Source: an uncultured Candidatus Poseidoniales archaeon
GTDB lineage: Archaea; Thermoplasmatota; Poseidoniia; Poseidoniales; Poseidoniaceae
DNA: 58,660 bases
Reading direction: 5' to 3'
NCBI GenBank assembly: GCA_964014545.1
Contig: CAXGZX010000004.1
Span: 1-58,660 of the forward strand
Shown: positions 36,670 to 47,228 of the stretch, piece by piece
Layout of the letters: each line of letters starts with the position of its first letter
Numbering within the stretch: the stretch's first letter is position 1
The notes under the pieces: generated by a model
What the model was told of the DNA's origin: nothing
The model's database searches: none
Seen by the model: the letters and a program-made list of their open reading frames with translations, nothing else
Translations under genes and position numbers: made by a program

Positions 36670-39600
36670 TTAGTTATTTTTTTTCCTTCTGGATGGTGGT
36701 CTTCTTGATGTCTCCACTTTTGATTTAGGCTGAAATTTAGGCTTATTTGAATTTCTTTCAGAGATAATGGTATTTGTTGGAATCCCTCTTTTTGATAAGT
36801 CTAAGGTGTGTGCTGGACGGGCTTTTCCTGGGACCTTACCGGTTGGCCTTGCTCCAACGCCTTTCTTACGGTCAATGTAACCAGCCCTGCCTCGATAAGC
36901 GACTTTACCAATTAACCGCTCCAAAACAGGAGTACCTGAATCCTCTTCTTTAGGACGTTTCAGCCACCAACCGTCACCTAATGGTTTCAGTCTTGGTGGG
37001 CGTGACTTTGCCAATTTATTACTACGTCTTTTCAATCTTGATTTAATTGCTTTATCAGGCTCATTTGGTAAGTGCTCTGTCATCCATCCTGGAAGTCCTA
37101 TATCGAGTACTACCCCATTCACGGAAACTAGTATTCCAGACAGTAGCAAATGAGTCCCAACAGGAATATTATCTCGCTTTGGAACTACTTTGAAGCGTTT
37201 CATTCTCTTAGCATATGCAACCATAGCTTTTTGATCTCTGTGCCTGATTAATTTCCTCTGTTGGCGCAAAACTCTGCGACTTGTCGAATGAGTAGTCAGT
37301 AATATAGCTGTGCCAATTATGCCTTCCATTTGACCAACTTCTGTGAAAGCATATATCCCAATAAGGAACCATAGTGGCGTTAGAATAAAGAAATTGAAGA
37401 CAAATGATAATTTCCCAGATTGATATCTTGGAGTCATTTGTTTCCTTGTTGCTTCATGAGCGGTAATCAGTAGATTAGCATTTATTGCCTCATCCATACC
37501 ACCCTTAACATCTAGTGCTGCTACGGAATTACATGGTGCTTGATTAATCCATTTCTTCATTGACTTTCCTTCACCATTAACCAACGCAACCTCAAACTCC
37601 TCAGCATCAACAGGCTGACCGAGTATTGCAGAAAGCGCCATGACTCTAGGATCATATTTGTCACTTTCATTTAGCTCCGCCATTATTGAACGAGCACTGT
37701 GCCAATCACCTTTGTCAATCAAGCATAATGAAGCAGCAATTCTAGGTCTTACCCCAGTTGGGTCAGCCCTTACCAACTTCAAAGAAATTTCCAGAGCCTC
37801 ATCATGCATTCTTTGCGCACGCATGAGTGAAATCATAGACAGCTGAGCATTTCTGGAAAGTCTATCTTTGTTCAAGTAATCATTATTTGGTTTAGGATTC
37901 CAACCTCTAATCATTTGAGTTAAATGTTGCAAATGATTGATACAGGAATTATTTTCCCAATCCCAAAAATCATCTTCTGACACATTACCGCTCCATGGGT
38001 CTAACCATTCACATACAAAGGCAAGTAGTTCTGGTTCATCATATCCTTCAGGTTGCTCAAGTCCGTGTAGTGCATCTCTAGCAGCATCTAATCTACGAGA
38101 AGCCATATGGCCAGTTGCGATAATCATTCTAGCAATATCATCATCACCACCAGATTGGGCGAGTACTTTTCTTGCTTCTTCTATAGCCGAAGGCCAAAGT
38201 CCTCTAAGAGCCAATTCCCACATTCTGGCACGGCCTTTTTCGAATCTGATCACTGATTCGTCACCAGATAAAGAACGGCGTTGGAATCTAATAAGGGTAT
38301 CAAGATCCTCTTGTAGAGCAGCTTCGTCGACCAAAGTTCTCATCCAATCTCCACCAGCAATTTTGACTGCACCTTCACGTCTTTCATCTGGGTTAAGGTC
38401 AAATCTCAAGTTTCTCAAGTGAGTGAACCTGATTATTGAAACTAACCATGTTAACAAGAATACCAGTTGACCAACGGCAATAAACATCCAAGTAGCTAAT
38501 AACCGCATACCTTCATCAAAATTATTTTTCTCTAAAGTGTCAGTGAACGGCATTAGACTACCAAATTCTTTGTAACAAACCAACAGTAATAGTAAAACAG
38601 TGTAACCAGAAAACCCAGCGAAGGCAAATTTTAACTGTCGTGTCTGAGCTTCAACCTCTGTCCGAATATCCCTTGGGTTATCAATCACAACACCAAATAC
38701 TCCACCAAAACTTTGACCACCTAACATCAAGTTTCTAGTCAATTCAAAAATGAACGCTAGACCTACAATAGCAATGTTTAGCGACAAATATAGTGATAGA
38801 AACTGTGGCATGCTCTTGATAAATTCCCAGTGAAATAAAATTTCAGATATCAAGTCTATACGTTCATAAATTGAAAACCCAATGATGCCACCATAATTTA
38901 GAACTTCGGTGGAATTATCGGGGTTATTTAATAGAATATGTAATACTGTAACAATTCCATTTAGCGCAGTGACTGGCATAGTAATCAGAAATATAACAAG
39001 CAATAATGAAAAGAATCTGTTGACGATTCTGGGTTTATCAGGGTCTATAGGATTTTTTATTCCATTAGCAGTACGCCATTTACCAATAAGAAGCATATTC
39101 CATGAAGCACCCATTATACGACCATAAGCAAAAATTGTTGGTGACATGAAAACCAACATTGCAAGAGCTAACCAAAATGGTTCAATTACTGCACCTTCAG
39201 ACTCTTGCAGTCCATACAACAGAGAAGCAATGGTAATACCGACAATTATGAACAGAGTAAAAGTACGACGAAAGAAATCAACTATTGCACTTTTGTTGGC
39301 TTGGCTACGGTTTTTAGAAAGTTGGGCATTCATTGTTTCCCAAGGTGATATCAAAATTGGTATACCAACCAATACCCCTATCAGATAAAGAGTAGGAGTA
39401 TAGAAATAGTCTGGATCGAAAAGGAATTCACCGATTAATATTAGGACACCTGTCATACCCATCATATACAGACCTAATCCATATCCCACCGAGCCTTCAG
39501 ACAATAAATCTCTAGCATCTTCATTATCTCGGGTGACGCGATGAACTTCATACAGATCATCATCTATCTCAAAAGCCACTTGTAAGTTTGCTAACTGTAT

Positions 39601-39774
39601 TGGAATAAACCATTTCCACATCATTAAAGCGACTAAAAACCCAAGGAAAACTGGTGCTAGATACATAATATCAAAGCCCGCATCACTAGAGCCATCTGCA
39701 GAAACTGCCTTTGAAAAAAGTTGGAAAAAGACAAAAGAAAAAACTAGCCATAAGCCAATCTTCTTCTTATCCAT
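36670..39774 (-). CDS. large polytopic membrane protein with TPR-like helical domain and basic C-terminal tail
   Basis: Many hydrophobic segments in the N-terminal half, helical repeats, two further TM segments, R/K/P-rich end; ATG 39774 or 39798. Confidence 0.75.
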   Translation of the reverse strand: MDKKKIGLWLVFSFVFFQLFSKAVSADGSSDAGFDIMYLAPVFLGFLVALMMWKWFIPIQLANLQVAFEIDDDLYEVHRVTRDNEDARDLLSEGSVGYGLGLYMMGMTGVLILIGEFLFDPDYFYTPTLYLIGVLVGIPILISPWETMNAQLSKNRSQANKSAIVDFFRRTFTLFIIVGITIASLLYGLQESEGAVIEPFWLALAMLVFMSPTIFAYGRIMGASWNMLLIGKWRTANGIKNPIDPDKPRIVNRFFSLLLVIFLITMPVTALNGIVTVLHILLNNPDNSTEVLNYGGIIGFSIYERIDLISEILFHWEFIKSMPQFLSLYLSLNIAIVGLAFIFELTRNLMLGGQSFGGVFGVVIDNPRDIRTEVEAQTRQLKFAFAGFSGYTVLLLLLVCYKEFGSLMPFTDTLEKNNFDEGMRLLATWMFIAVGQLVFLLTWLVSIIRFTHLRNLRFDLNPDERREGAVKIAGGDWMRTLVDEAALQEDLDTLIRFQRRSLSGDESVIRFEKGRARMWELALRGLWPSAIEEARKVLAQSGGDDDIARMIIATGHMASRRLDAARDALHGLEQPEGYDEPELLAFVCEWLDPWSGNVSEDDFWDWENNSCINHLQHLTQMIRGWNPKPNNDYLNKDRLSRNAQLSMISLMRAQRMHDEALEISLKLVRADPTGVRPRIAASLCLIDKGDWHSARSIMAELNESDKYDPRVMALSAILGQPVDAEEFEVALVNGEGKSMKKWINQAPCNSVAALDVKGGMDEAINANLLITAHEATRKQMTPRYQSGKLSFVFNFFILTPLWFLIGIYAFTEVGQMEGIIGTAILLTTHSTSRRVLRQQRKLIRHRDQKAMVAYAKRMKRFKVVPKRDNIPVGTHLLLSGILVSVNGVVLDIGLPGWMTEHLPNEPDKAIKSRLKRRSNKLAKSRPPRLKPLGDGWWLKRPKEEDSGTPVLERLIGKVAYRGRAGYIDRKKGVGARPTGKVPGKARPAHTLDLSKRGIPTNTIISERNSNKPKFQPKSKVETSRRPPSRRKKNN

Positions 39775-39814
39775 GAACTTGCGATTTAATGTATGCACAT
39801 GAATACTTCGGTGA

Positions 39815-41029
39815 TTAGTTTCTATGTCTAAGCAAAAAACGCTCTATGCGGTCGAATGCTTCATTCAAAACCTCAATATTTGGCAGATAAACAATTCTAA
39901 AATGACCCTTACCTAATTCCTCAGAAAAACCACTACCGTGGACTACTAAAACATGTTCTTCATGTAATAATTTTAACACAAAATCTTTGTCGTTTTCAGA
40001 CCACTGCTTATCAATTAACTTAACAAACATATAGAATGCACCACCGGATGATTGAACTTCTAGGCCCTCAATATTAGCAATTCTATCCACACAAAGGTTC
40101 CTTTGATTGATAATTTTATCAGAATAGGATTTCATCCAAGTGCGGTCTGAATCCAATCCGGCTAAATATCCTAATTGAGCAGGTGTTGAGGCACACAGTC
40201 TTGAACGCAGTAATCGTTCAATGCCATCTCTTACCAATGTAAGTCTCGCTTTAGGGTCATGAATTCCAAGGTATCCAATTCTCCAGCCTGGTGCATAAAA
40301 TACCTTAGATACACCATTCAAGACAAAAACAGGCACATCTGGTGAGAGACTAGCCACACTTTTTTGTTCGCCGGTAAAATCTAATCCATCGTAAATCTCA
40401 TCAGCAATCACGATACAATTGGGATATTTTCTAACAATTGATAAGAGTCGAAAAATTTCGTCTTTCCCTACAACAGCGCCGCATGGATTGTTTGGATTAA
40501 TCAACACTAAGAGTTTTACAGAATCCGACATTTTTGCTTCAATATCATCAAAGTCTAATTTCCAACCGTCATCTGGCTTCAGTTTATACTCAACTGTTTC
40601 TGCCCCATACATTTGTGGATAAGCCATGTAAGGAGGATAGTGAGGACCAGGAGCAAGAACCTGGTCACCTGCTTCTAAAGTCGCAGCAAATATGATCTGC
40701 AACGCTTCAGTAACTCCATGACAAACATAGATGTCTTCTTGCCTTGCTGGCCAGCCTTTTCGCCTTTCATCCTGAGCTATTGAGGAGCGTAACTCTGGAA
40801 TACCATATGATGGCGAATACCCATTACTGCCATTTCTCAATGCCTCTACATATGCTTCAACCATGTGTTTTGGGGTTGGTAATCCAGGATAAGCAATCGG
40901 ATCCCCGATATTAAGTTTCAATATCTCATGACCTTCTGCTTCAAGTTTTGTTGCAGGAACTACTACATCTCGTATAGCATATTCAATATTGGCGGCTCTT
41001 GCAGCAACTGGGATTTGTGCTCTAACCAT
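39815..41029 (-). CDS. PLP-dependent class I/II aminotransferase (alanine aminotransferase-like)
   Basis: IEYAIRD, LNIGDP, INPNNP, DEIYD, NGVSK....PGWRIG. Confidence 0.9.
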   Translation of the reverse strand: MVRAQIPVAARAANIEYAIRDVVVPATKLEAEGHEILKLNIGDPIAYPGLPTPKHMVEAYVEALRNGSNGYSPSYGIPELRSSIAQDERRKGWPARQEDIYVCHGVTEALQIIFAATLEAGDQVLAPGPHYPPYMAYPQMYGAETVEYKLKPDDGWKLDFDDIEAKMSDSVKLLVLINPNNPCGAVVGKDEIFRLLSIVRKYPNCIVIADEIYDGLDFTGEQKSVASLSPDVPVFVLNGVSKVFYAPGWRIGYLGIHDPKARLTLVRDGIERLLRSRLCASTPAQLGYLAGLDSDRTWMKSYSDKIINQRNLCVDRIANIEGLEVQSSGGAFYMFVKLIDKQWSENDKDFVLKLLHEEHVLVVHGSGFSEELGKGHFRIVYLPNIEVLNEAFDRIERFLLRHRN

Positions 41030-41033
41030 TATC

Positions 41034-41513
41034 TCAACTCAGATCTTCAAGGGTCATCTTTGCCATCCTCAAAACGGCGGAGAAATGTTCTTCTTCAACC
41101 GGTTGAACAGAGAGCCTTTGTCCTTTTTTTACCAGTAACATACCTTCGCATTCCGGATTATTCTTTACCGCATCTAGAGAAATAATCTCTTCTAAGCGCA
41201 TGACTGGCTCAATATCTACCATCATCCAACGTGGATTTTCTGGATTTGCTTTTTCATCAAAATATTTTGAATTAGGATCTTGGGCAGTAAAATCTGGATA
41301 ACCCTCTTTGCAAATTCTAGCAATGCCGGCAATATGTGGAGGTTTGTGATTGGAGTGATAAAATAATACTAAATCGCCCATTTTCATATCATCTCGCATC
41401 ATGTTTCTAGCTTGATAATTTCTCACACCATCCCAGTGAGTTGAACCATCTGCAACTAACTGCTTGTAAGGATATACATGAGGTTCAGACTTCATCAACC
41501 AGTAGCCGGCCAT
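41034..41513 (-). CDS. EVE domain protein
   Basis: YWLMKSEP, WDGVRNYQARN, FYHSN, RLSVQPV; ATG 41513 (track start overlaps the MMPL gene). Confidence 0.93.
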   Translation of the reverse strand: MAGYWLMKSEPHVYPYKQLVADGSTHWDGVRNYQARNMMRDDMKMGDLVLFYHSNHKPPHIAGIARICKEGYPDFTAQDPNSKYFDEKANPENPRWMMVDIEPVMRLEEIISLDAVKNNPECEGMLLVKKGQRLSVQPVEEEHFSAVLRMAKMTLEDLS

Positions 41514-41550
41514 ATCTTGTCCAAAAGTTCCCGCTCTTTTGAGATTTGGA

Positions 41551-44500
41551 TTACCAAGCTTCTTTGATATCGTCAGAAATCGCGGCATCTAAAACATCAA
41601 CATCTGACTTCTTGCCAGATATTAGCCCTAACTTTCTTGCCATACCTGTTGAACTACTAACGGCACCAATGCCCATTTTATCTAGGGTAACAAATATTGC
41701 TGGTAACAATATCAGAGCACTTGCAGCCGCAACCCATAACAAAATTAGGATTACAGTGATGAATGGTTTGATTTCAGGTATTGGTATTTGATAAGCAGTT
41801 ATCATTCCCAAAGAAGTCACTACTGCTGCTTCAAACAACGACATACCTGTACCTACCGCAGCAGTCTTGATGGCTTTTATGCCACCACCTAACTCCCTAA
41901 TTCTATTAGATATGTGAATAGAGAAATCAACACCGACCCCAACTAAGATTGAACCGATCATTACCGTTACTAATGAAAGTGTAACGTCCATTTGCCACAT
42001 AACCAACCATTGCAAAGCAACTGTTGCAATCACAGGAGAAGTAGTCCAAAAAGAGTACTTGATGTCCTTGAATACAACTGCTAGGACAATCAGTGTGAGA
42101 ATGATGGCAAATGCCAGCGAAGTATATTGGGAGCCTACAATTAGTTGGTTTACTTCAATTGCAGTTGCAGCAACGCCGGTTAGATGTTCTGCTCTACCAC
42201 TATCTACTGACCTAAACGAATCGGCATGTTGGTTTACTTCTTCAACGCTTGATGCTGTTTCTGCAACGGGTATGAACGGCATGTCGACATAAATTAGGGT
42301 TCTATCAAAATCTTCATTGATAAAAATCTCTCTAGTTTCGTCAGTAATCGAAGCATAAAATACGTTAAGCAGGAATATTTGAGATTGCTTGGTACCTGGC
42401 AGGCCATAATTATCCGGTTGGATAAGTAAATCCCAAAATGAAGCATCGGCTGTGACTTCTTGGTTCAGTAGAACCTCAGCAGTCTCCTTTATGTCGTCGG
42501 GTAATGGTGTTAGATTGACAAATTCATAAATTTGTGCCCCCGATACAGTCGGCGCAAAACCTGTAGATTTCATCAAAAAGACAATTGATACTGCTGAAGT
42601 ATCTTTAACGGTATTTAATTTACTTTCAAGTTGATCTATTCGTTTAAGATTCTCAGCTGGGTCGTCATTTCCAGTATCAGCGTCGTTAGTATCACCGGTG
42701 ACATTGGCATGGATAAGTACCATCCCGATTTGTCCAGCATTAAAATCGTCAGAATATTGTTTCATTTTAATAACTGGTGCTTCACCTTCTGGAGCCATAC
42801 CAAGCAAGTCAATATCTTCCCTAACATTTGCCTGACCCATAGTAGCAGAAAGCAGGATTAGCAACAAAAATACTCCAATAATTGCTCTACTGTATTTGAC
42901 CGGCGCTTCAACTAAAACTTCAAATGCTTTCAGTGGAGGATGTTTAGGCTTCCTTAAATCGAGTAATAATGTTAGATTTGGAACCATAAACATCGTAAGT
43001 ACGTAAACAACAATAATCCCTCCCGAAAGAGCAATTCCAACCGTTTGAATCGGAGCCATTGGAGTAAATACTAGAGATATAAAACCAATAACAGTCGTAA
43101 CAGCGGATAAAAATACTGCTTTTCCGGTTGAAGATAGTGAAGCACGCATCTTTTCTGATTTCGTACCACCTTCCTCAGCATATCGATTAGTAATGTGTAA
43201 ACCATACGATACTCCTAAAGCAAGTAAAATAGGTCCAACTATGATGACAGTCATCGTTACTTCATAATTGGTCGCACCAATAATTCCCAGCGTCCAAAAA
43301 ACGGCACATAGCGTCGGCAGGCCAGCAATAATCACCACCTTAATCCCCTGTATGGGACGCATTCCTGTAATACCTGTCTGCAATAAATCAGAGTGGAATA
43401 TGAATAATCCAAGCGCAACTAAGACAATCGCTGTTGGGAATATTTCCCAAAATAACTTGAAGGAAAATTCTGTGACAGCATTGGTAATTGGAACAGGCCC
43501 TGTTAATGTCATTGTTAGGTTCAAATCATCCCAATCACATAGACCAGATTCTGGGTCTGGAACACCATCACCGTTGGTATCATCACAATACCTTTCTTGG
43601 GTGCGAAGTTTATCTAGTTGTTTCTGAGTATCTTCTATCAACTTTTTAGCTGGATAATTTGGATCTTCGACAACTGCTACTGCCATAATCGCTCGATCAA
43701 GTAAACCATCTGGACCACCACAATCTCCATCACCACCAGTACAAACATCTCTGGCCAATTTGTCTAAACCCGGCGTAGGAGTTCCGTCTTCTTCATACAT
43801 TTCATTGATTACTAAGTCAATTGTAGTCTGACTAGGAATTTCGTATGAACCGCCAAACTGGTCATCTGTCTCAGCAAACACCGTGTTAATTGCTTCAGCA
43901 GCATCTGCTGTTGCGCATTCATCTAGACCAGGAGCACATCCTAGTTGGCCAAGTTCAGTAACAAAAGCCTCCCTTACTCTTGGAGCGCTTGAATTGACTT
44001 CTTTGAGTACTGTTGATAATGAAAGAATGTAGATTACCCTATCATTTTCAGAGTCTGAAAGATATGGATTAAGTTCTTTTTCAACATAACTCATCTCTTG
44101 TAAAATTCTCTGGTCGGTAATATTTCTTGTACCTGATTCGACATAAATAATCATCACGTTGGTAGACCAATCTTCTTCGACTAAACTAATTAATTCAGCC
44201 ACTTGACTTCCTTCCGGAAGATAAACTTCCATATCTCCATTAACATTCAGTGCAGGGTTTTCTTTATCATCGTCAAAACGCGTATCATCAAGAAAACCTG
44301 ATTGAGAAACAAAATATGCAGTTAAGAGCAAGAATATCGTGATTACCGCCACGGGGTATCTGGTTATTGCACCAGTTGCGCCACTCTTTTGCCATTCTCG
44401 CTTGAAGCGGTCTGGAGCTTCTAAAACAGCATCAATAGCATTTTTGGCACGGAAATCCTTGACACGGGCAGTTAAATCGACCGCCCCGGTTTGAATTTTC

Positions 44501-44589
44501 GCACGACTATACTCTGCCAAAGCACTGATTCTTTTAGAAAATTTACGACTTTCCATAGAAGGTTCAGGATTATCTTTTCCTTCTACCAT
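41551..44589 (-). CDS. MMPL/RND-family transporter
   Basis: Two-repeat architecture; ALGVSYGLHITNRY and GVGVDFSIHISNRIRE. Confidence 0.9.
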   Translation of the reverse strand: MVEGKDNPEPSMESRKFSKRISALAEYSRAKIQTGAVDLTARVKDFRAKNAIDAVLEAPDRFKREWQKSGATGAITRYPVAVITIFLLLTAYFVSQSGFLDDTRFDDDKENPALNVNGDMEVYLPEGSQVAELISLVEEDWSTNVMIIYVESGTRNITDQRILQEMSYVEKELNPYLSDSENDRVIYILSLSTVLKEVNSSAPRVREAFVTELGQLGCAPGLDECATADAAEAINTVFAETDDQFGGSYEIPSQTTIDLVINEMYEEDGTPTPGLDKLARDVCTGGDGDCGGPDGLLDRAIMAVAVVEDPNYPAKKLIEDTQKQLDKLRTQERYCDDTNGDGVPDPESGLCDWDDLNLTMTLTGPVPITNAVTEFSFKLFWEIFPTAIVLVALGLFIFHSDLLQTGITGMRPIQGIKVVIIAGLPTLCAVFWTLGIIGATNYEVTMTVIIVGPILLALGVSYGLHITNRYAEEGGTKSEKMRASLSSTGKAVFLSAVTTVIGFISLVFTPMAPIQTVGIALSGGIIVVYVLTMFMVPNLTLLLDLRKPKHPPLKAFEVLVEAPVKYSRAIIGVFLLLILLSATMGQANVREDIDLLGMAPEGEAPVIKMKQYSDDFNAGQIGMVLIHANVTGDTNDADTGNDDPAENLKRIDQLESKLNTVKDTSAVSIVFLMKSTGFAPTVSGAQIYEFVNLTPLPDDIKETAEVLLNQEVTADASFWDLLIQPDNYGLPGTKQSQIFLLNVFYASITDETREIFINEDFDRTLIYVDMPFIPVAETASSVEEVNQHADSFRSVDSGRAEHLTGVAATAIEVNQLIVGSQYTSLAFAIILTLIVLAVVFKDIKYSFWTTSPVIATVALQWLVMWQMDVTLSLVTVMIGSILVGVGVDFSIHISNRIRELGGGIKAIKTAAVGTGMSLFEAAVVTSLGMITAYQIPIPEIKPFITVILILLWVAAASALILLPAIFVTLDKMGIGAVSSSTGMARKLGLISGKKSDVDVLDAAISDDIKEAW

Positions 44590-44747
44590 GGTCTTACCGT
44601 GTTATCCCAAGAGCACCCTCTTCTAATGCTTACCGACTATATGACTAAACTTATTGCTAATCGAATACTTATCCGTTGGTTTGATAGCATGTAAGTATTG
44701 GGCAGGTTGGACCCGTACTGTTAACGAGCGTGGGGCCGGTGAGGCAT

Positions 44748-47228
44748 ATGCCAACTCCAAGATTGAATGAGAAAAGATGGTCAGTAGACCTAGAGAAGAA
44801 AATTCAGACCGAGCATTCGTCTGACGCAGTTGAATATACTAAGCGATATGGATTTAATCCAGACTCTGGTAAGGAGATATTTGTTATCGATACACCGCCA
44901 CCATACCCTTCGGGAACATGGCATATCGGCGCGGTAGCTCAGTACTCAATGATTGATGTAATTGCCAGATCACAAAGATTGCTAGGCAAAGAAGTATACT
45001 TTCCTTGGGGTGTTGACCGCAACGGAATCAATATAGAATTTACAGTGGAAAAAAATACCAAAAAGAAAATGAAAACCTATGACCGTGCTGAATTTCTAAG
45101 GCTATGTCAAGAAACTATCGAAGAGTTCACCCAGGCCATGAGAAACACCGCCAAGCGAGTTGGTCTATCGTGTGATTTTGATAGAGAGTACCTGACTGAT
45201 GCACCGAATTATCGAGCAGTAACTCAAGCTATTTTTGTTGAATTGTTCAAAAAGGGCGCCATTATAGAGGACTTGAGACCAAATATTTACGACCCTGTTG
45301 AGGGTACTACAATTGCTGATGCTGAAGTGGAAAGACTACCACGCAAAACGAAACTTATTGATGTTAAATGGCAACTAGACGATGGTAGTGAACTCATTAT
45401 CTCTACCACTAGGCCTGAGTTAATTTGTGCATGTGGTGTTGTTGTAGTTCATCCAGATGATGAAAGATACCGTCATTTAGTAGGCCAAAAAATCACCCTA
45501 CCTTTACCAACGATTGGACGTGAAAAGACAGTCCAAATTATGACTCATGCATCGGTAAAATCTGATTTTGGTTCAGGAGTATTGATGGTTTGTTCGTTTG
45601 GTGACCAGAATGACGTAGCCGTATTTCGTGAACTTGGACTCACTCCATTTCAGGCCATCAATCTTGAGGGACGCATGACCGAAATTGCTGGTCAGTGGTC
45701 TAACATGACAGTTTTAGAAGCTCGTAACTCTGTCATTGAGTACTTAGAAGAAAATGATAAGGTGGCAAAAATTGAGGAGAGGAATCAAGAAGTTCCCGTA
45801 TCGGAAAGAGGCAAAAACCCTGTGGAAATTATTCTACTCAAAGAGTGGTATGTAAGACAAACTCATATCCAAGATAGAATGAAAGAATTAATTGAAGATA
45901 TTGAATTTCATCCACACAGGAATCGTCAATTCCTACTAGATTGGATGGATAACATAAGCATTGATTGGCCAATATCTCGCCGCAGATGGTACCATACTGA
46001 AATTCCAATATGGTATAGCGAAGATAGCAAGCATATCATAGTGCCACCCTCCGGAACTTATGTTCAACCATGGAGAGAATCACCACCTGAAGGCAGTCGA
46101 GTAATAAATCGAGATACTCGTCAAGATATCGGTGCATATTCAGCAATGTCAGCAGATATGGGTAAGATTGTTGGTGAGGAGAAAGTATTCGATACTTGGA
46201 TGGATTCATCAAATTCTAATTTATTTGTCAGTGGATATCTAAACGAGCCCGAGTTATTTGAGAAGTCATTTCCAACTGCACTACGCCCACAAGGCAAAGA
46301 GATAGTTAGAACATGGCTTTATTACACTCTACTAAAGTCTGCCTTGTTACTAGATAAACCAGGCTTCAACCATGTCTGGATTGATGGTCTGGGAATGGAC
46401 CCTTGGGGCAGAAAAATGAGTAAATCATTGGGCAATGGTATTGATGCTGATTCTGTGCTTGAGTGTGGTGCAGGCGGGCGTACAGGCTCATGGAAAGTCA
46501 AAGGTCCAGAAAAAACTGTTAGCCTAAGAGCGAATAAAATTGGTAGTGAATGTTTCCGTTTGTGGAAAGCATGTGATGCCCAAGTTGGTGATGATTTCCA
46601 TATTAATCCAGAAGAAATCGAAAAGAGATATTTTGGAGTGTTAACCAAATTGTTCAATGTCGCAAGATTTGCCTCACAGTTTGATATTCCAAGCGACTTA
46701 GACAAGCAACCAGATAATTTGAATATTGAGGATGAATGGATATTATCAGAGTTTAATTCAATGATGACTGAAGTTAAGTCATCATGGGCTAAGTTGGATA
46801 TTTACACAGCCACTCAAAATCTGAAAACCTTTGGTACGGGAATATTACCAAGTCATTACTTAGAAATGGTGAAATCAAGGTTATATGATGGTGATACTGC
46901 AGCCGCATGGACTATTCATCGAGTAGTAAGGGATTTTATGACAGCGTTTAGCCCGGTGTGTCCGTTCTTTACTCATCACATCAGCAGCACAATCTATGGA
47001 AAGTCTGCTGTCGATGTAGATGAATTTCCAAGCCCAGCTATTTCCAATCAACAACTCGAAGAAAAATTGAGATCTGTTACCACTGATTTACAGGTGTTCA
47101 ATGGTGAAGTTTGGGCAACTAAGAAAGAAAATGGAATTTCTCTAAATCAACCAATTTCTGGTATCGTCGTACCTGAGAGTTTAGATGGATTCTCTGATAT
47201 TCTAACTTCGATGCATAGTTTAGAGTGA
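44748..47228 (+). CDS. valS: valine--tRNA ligase (archaeal type)
   Basis: IDTPPPYPSG-x-x-HIG, TTRPEL, GSG-x-x-MVC-x-FGD, W-x-ISR-x-R, DTWMDSS, RPQG-x-EI-x-RTW, KMSKS; GGTGAGG SD before ATG 44748. Confidence 0.95.
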   Translation: MPTPRLNEKRWSVDLEKKIQTEHSSDAVEYTKRYGFNPDSGKEIFVIDTPPPYPSGTWHIGAVAQYSMIDVIARSQRLLGKEVYFPWGVDRNGINIEFTVEKNTKKKMKTYDRAEFLRLCQETIEEFTQAMRNTAKRVGLSCDFDREYLTDAPNYRAVTQAIFVELFKKGAIIEDLRPNIYDPVEGTTIADAEVERLPRKTKLIDVKWQLDDGSELIISTTRPELICACGVVVVHPDDERYRHLVGQKITLPLPTIGREKTVQIMTHASVKSDFGSGVLMVCSFGDQNDVAVFRELGLTPFQAINLEGRMTEIAGQWSNMTVLEARNSVIEYLEENDKVAKIEERNQEVPVSERGKNPVEIILLKEWYVRQTHIQDRMKELIEDIEFHPHRNRQFLLDWMDNISIDWPISRRRWYHTEIPIWYSEDSKHIIVPPSGTYVQPWRESPPEGSRVINRDTRQDIGAYSAMSADMGKIVGEEKVFDTWMDSSNSNLFVSGYLNEPELFEKSFPTALRPQGKEIVRTWLYYTLLKSALLLDKPGFNHVWIDGLGMDPWGRKMSKSLGNGIDADSVLECGAGGRTGSWKVKGPEKTVSLRANKIGSECFRLWKACDAQVGDDFHINPEEIEKRYFGVLTKLFNVARFASQFDIPSDLDKQPDNLNIEDEWILSEFNSMMTEVKSSWAKLDIYTATQNLKTFGTGILPSHYLEMVKSRLYDGDTAAAWTIHRVVRDFMTAFSPVCPFFTHHISSTIYGKSAVDVDEFPSPAISNQQLEEKLRSVTTDLQVFNGEVWATKKENGISLNQPISGIVVPESLDGFSDILTSMHSLE

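Noticed and set aside
41034-41513. EVE domain as part of a modification-dependent defence system
   Set aside because: Stand-alone EVE protein among housekeeping genes with no nuclease or toxin partner
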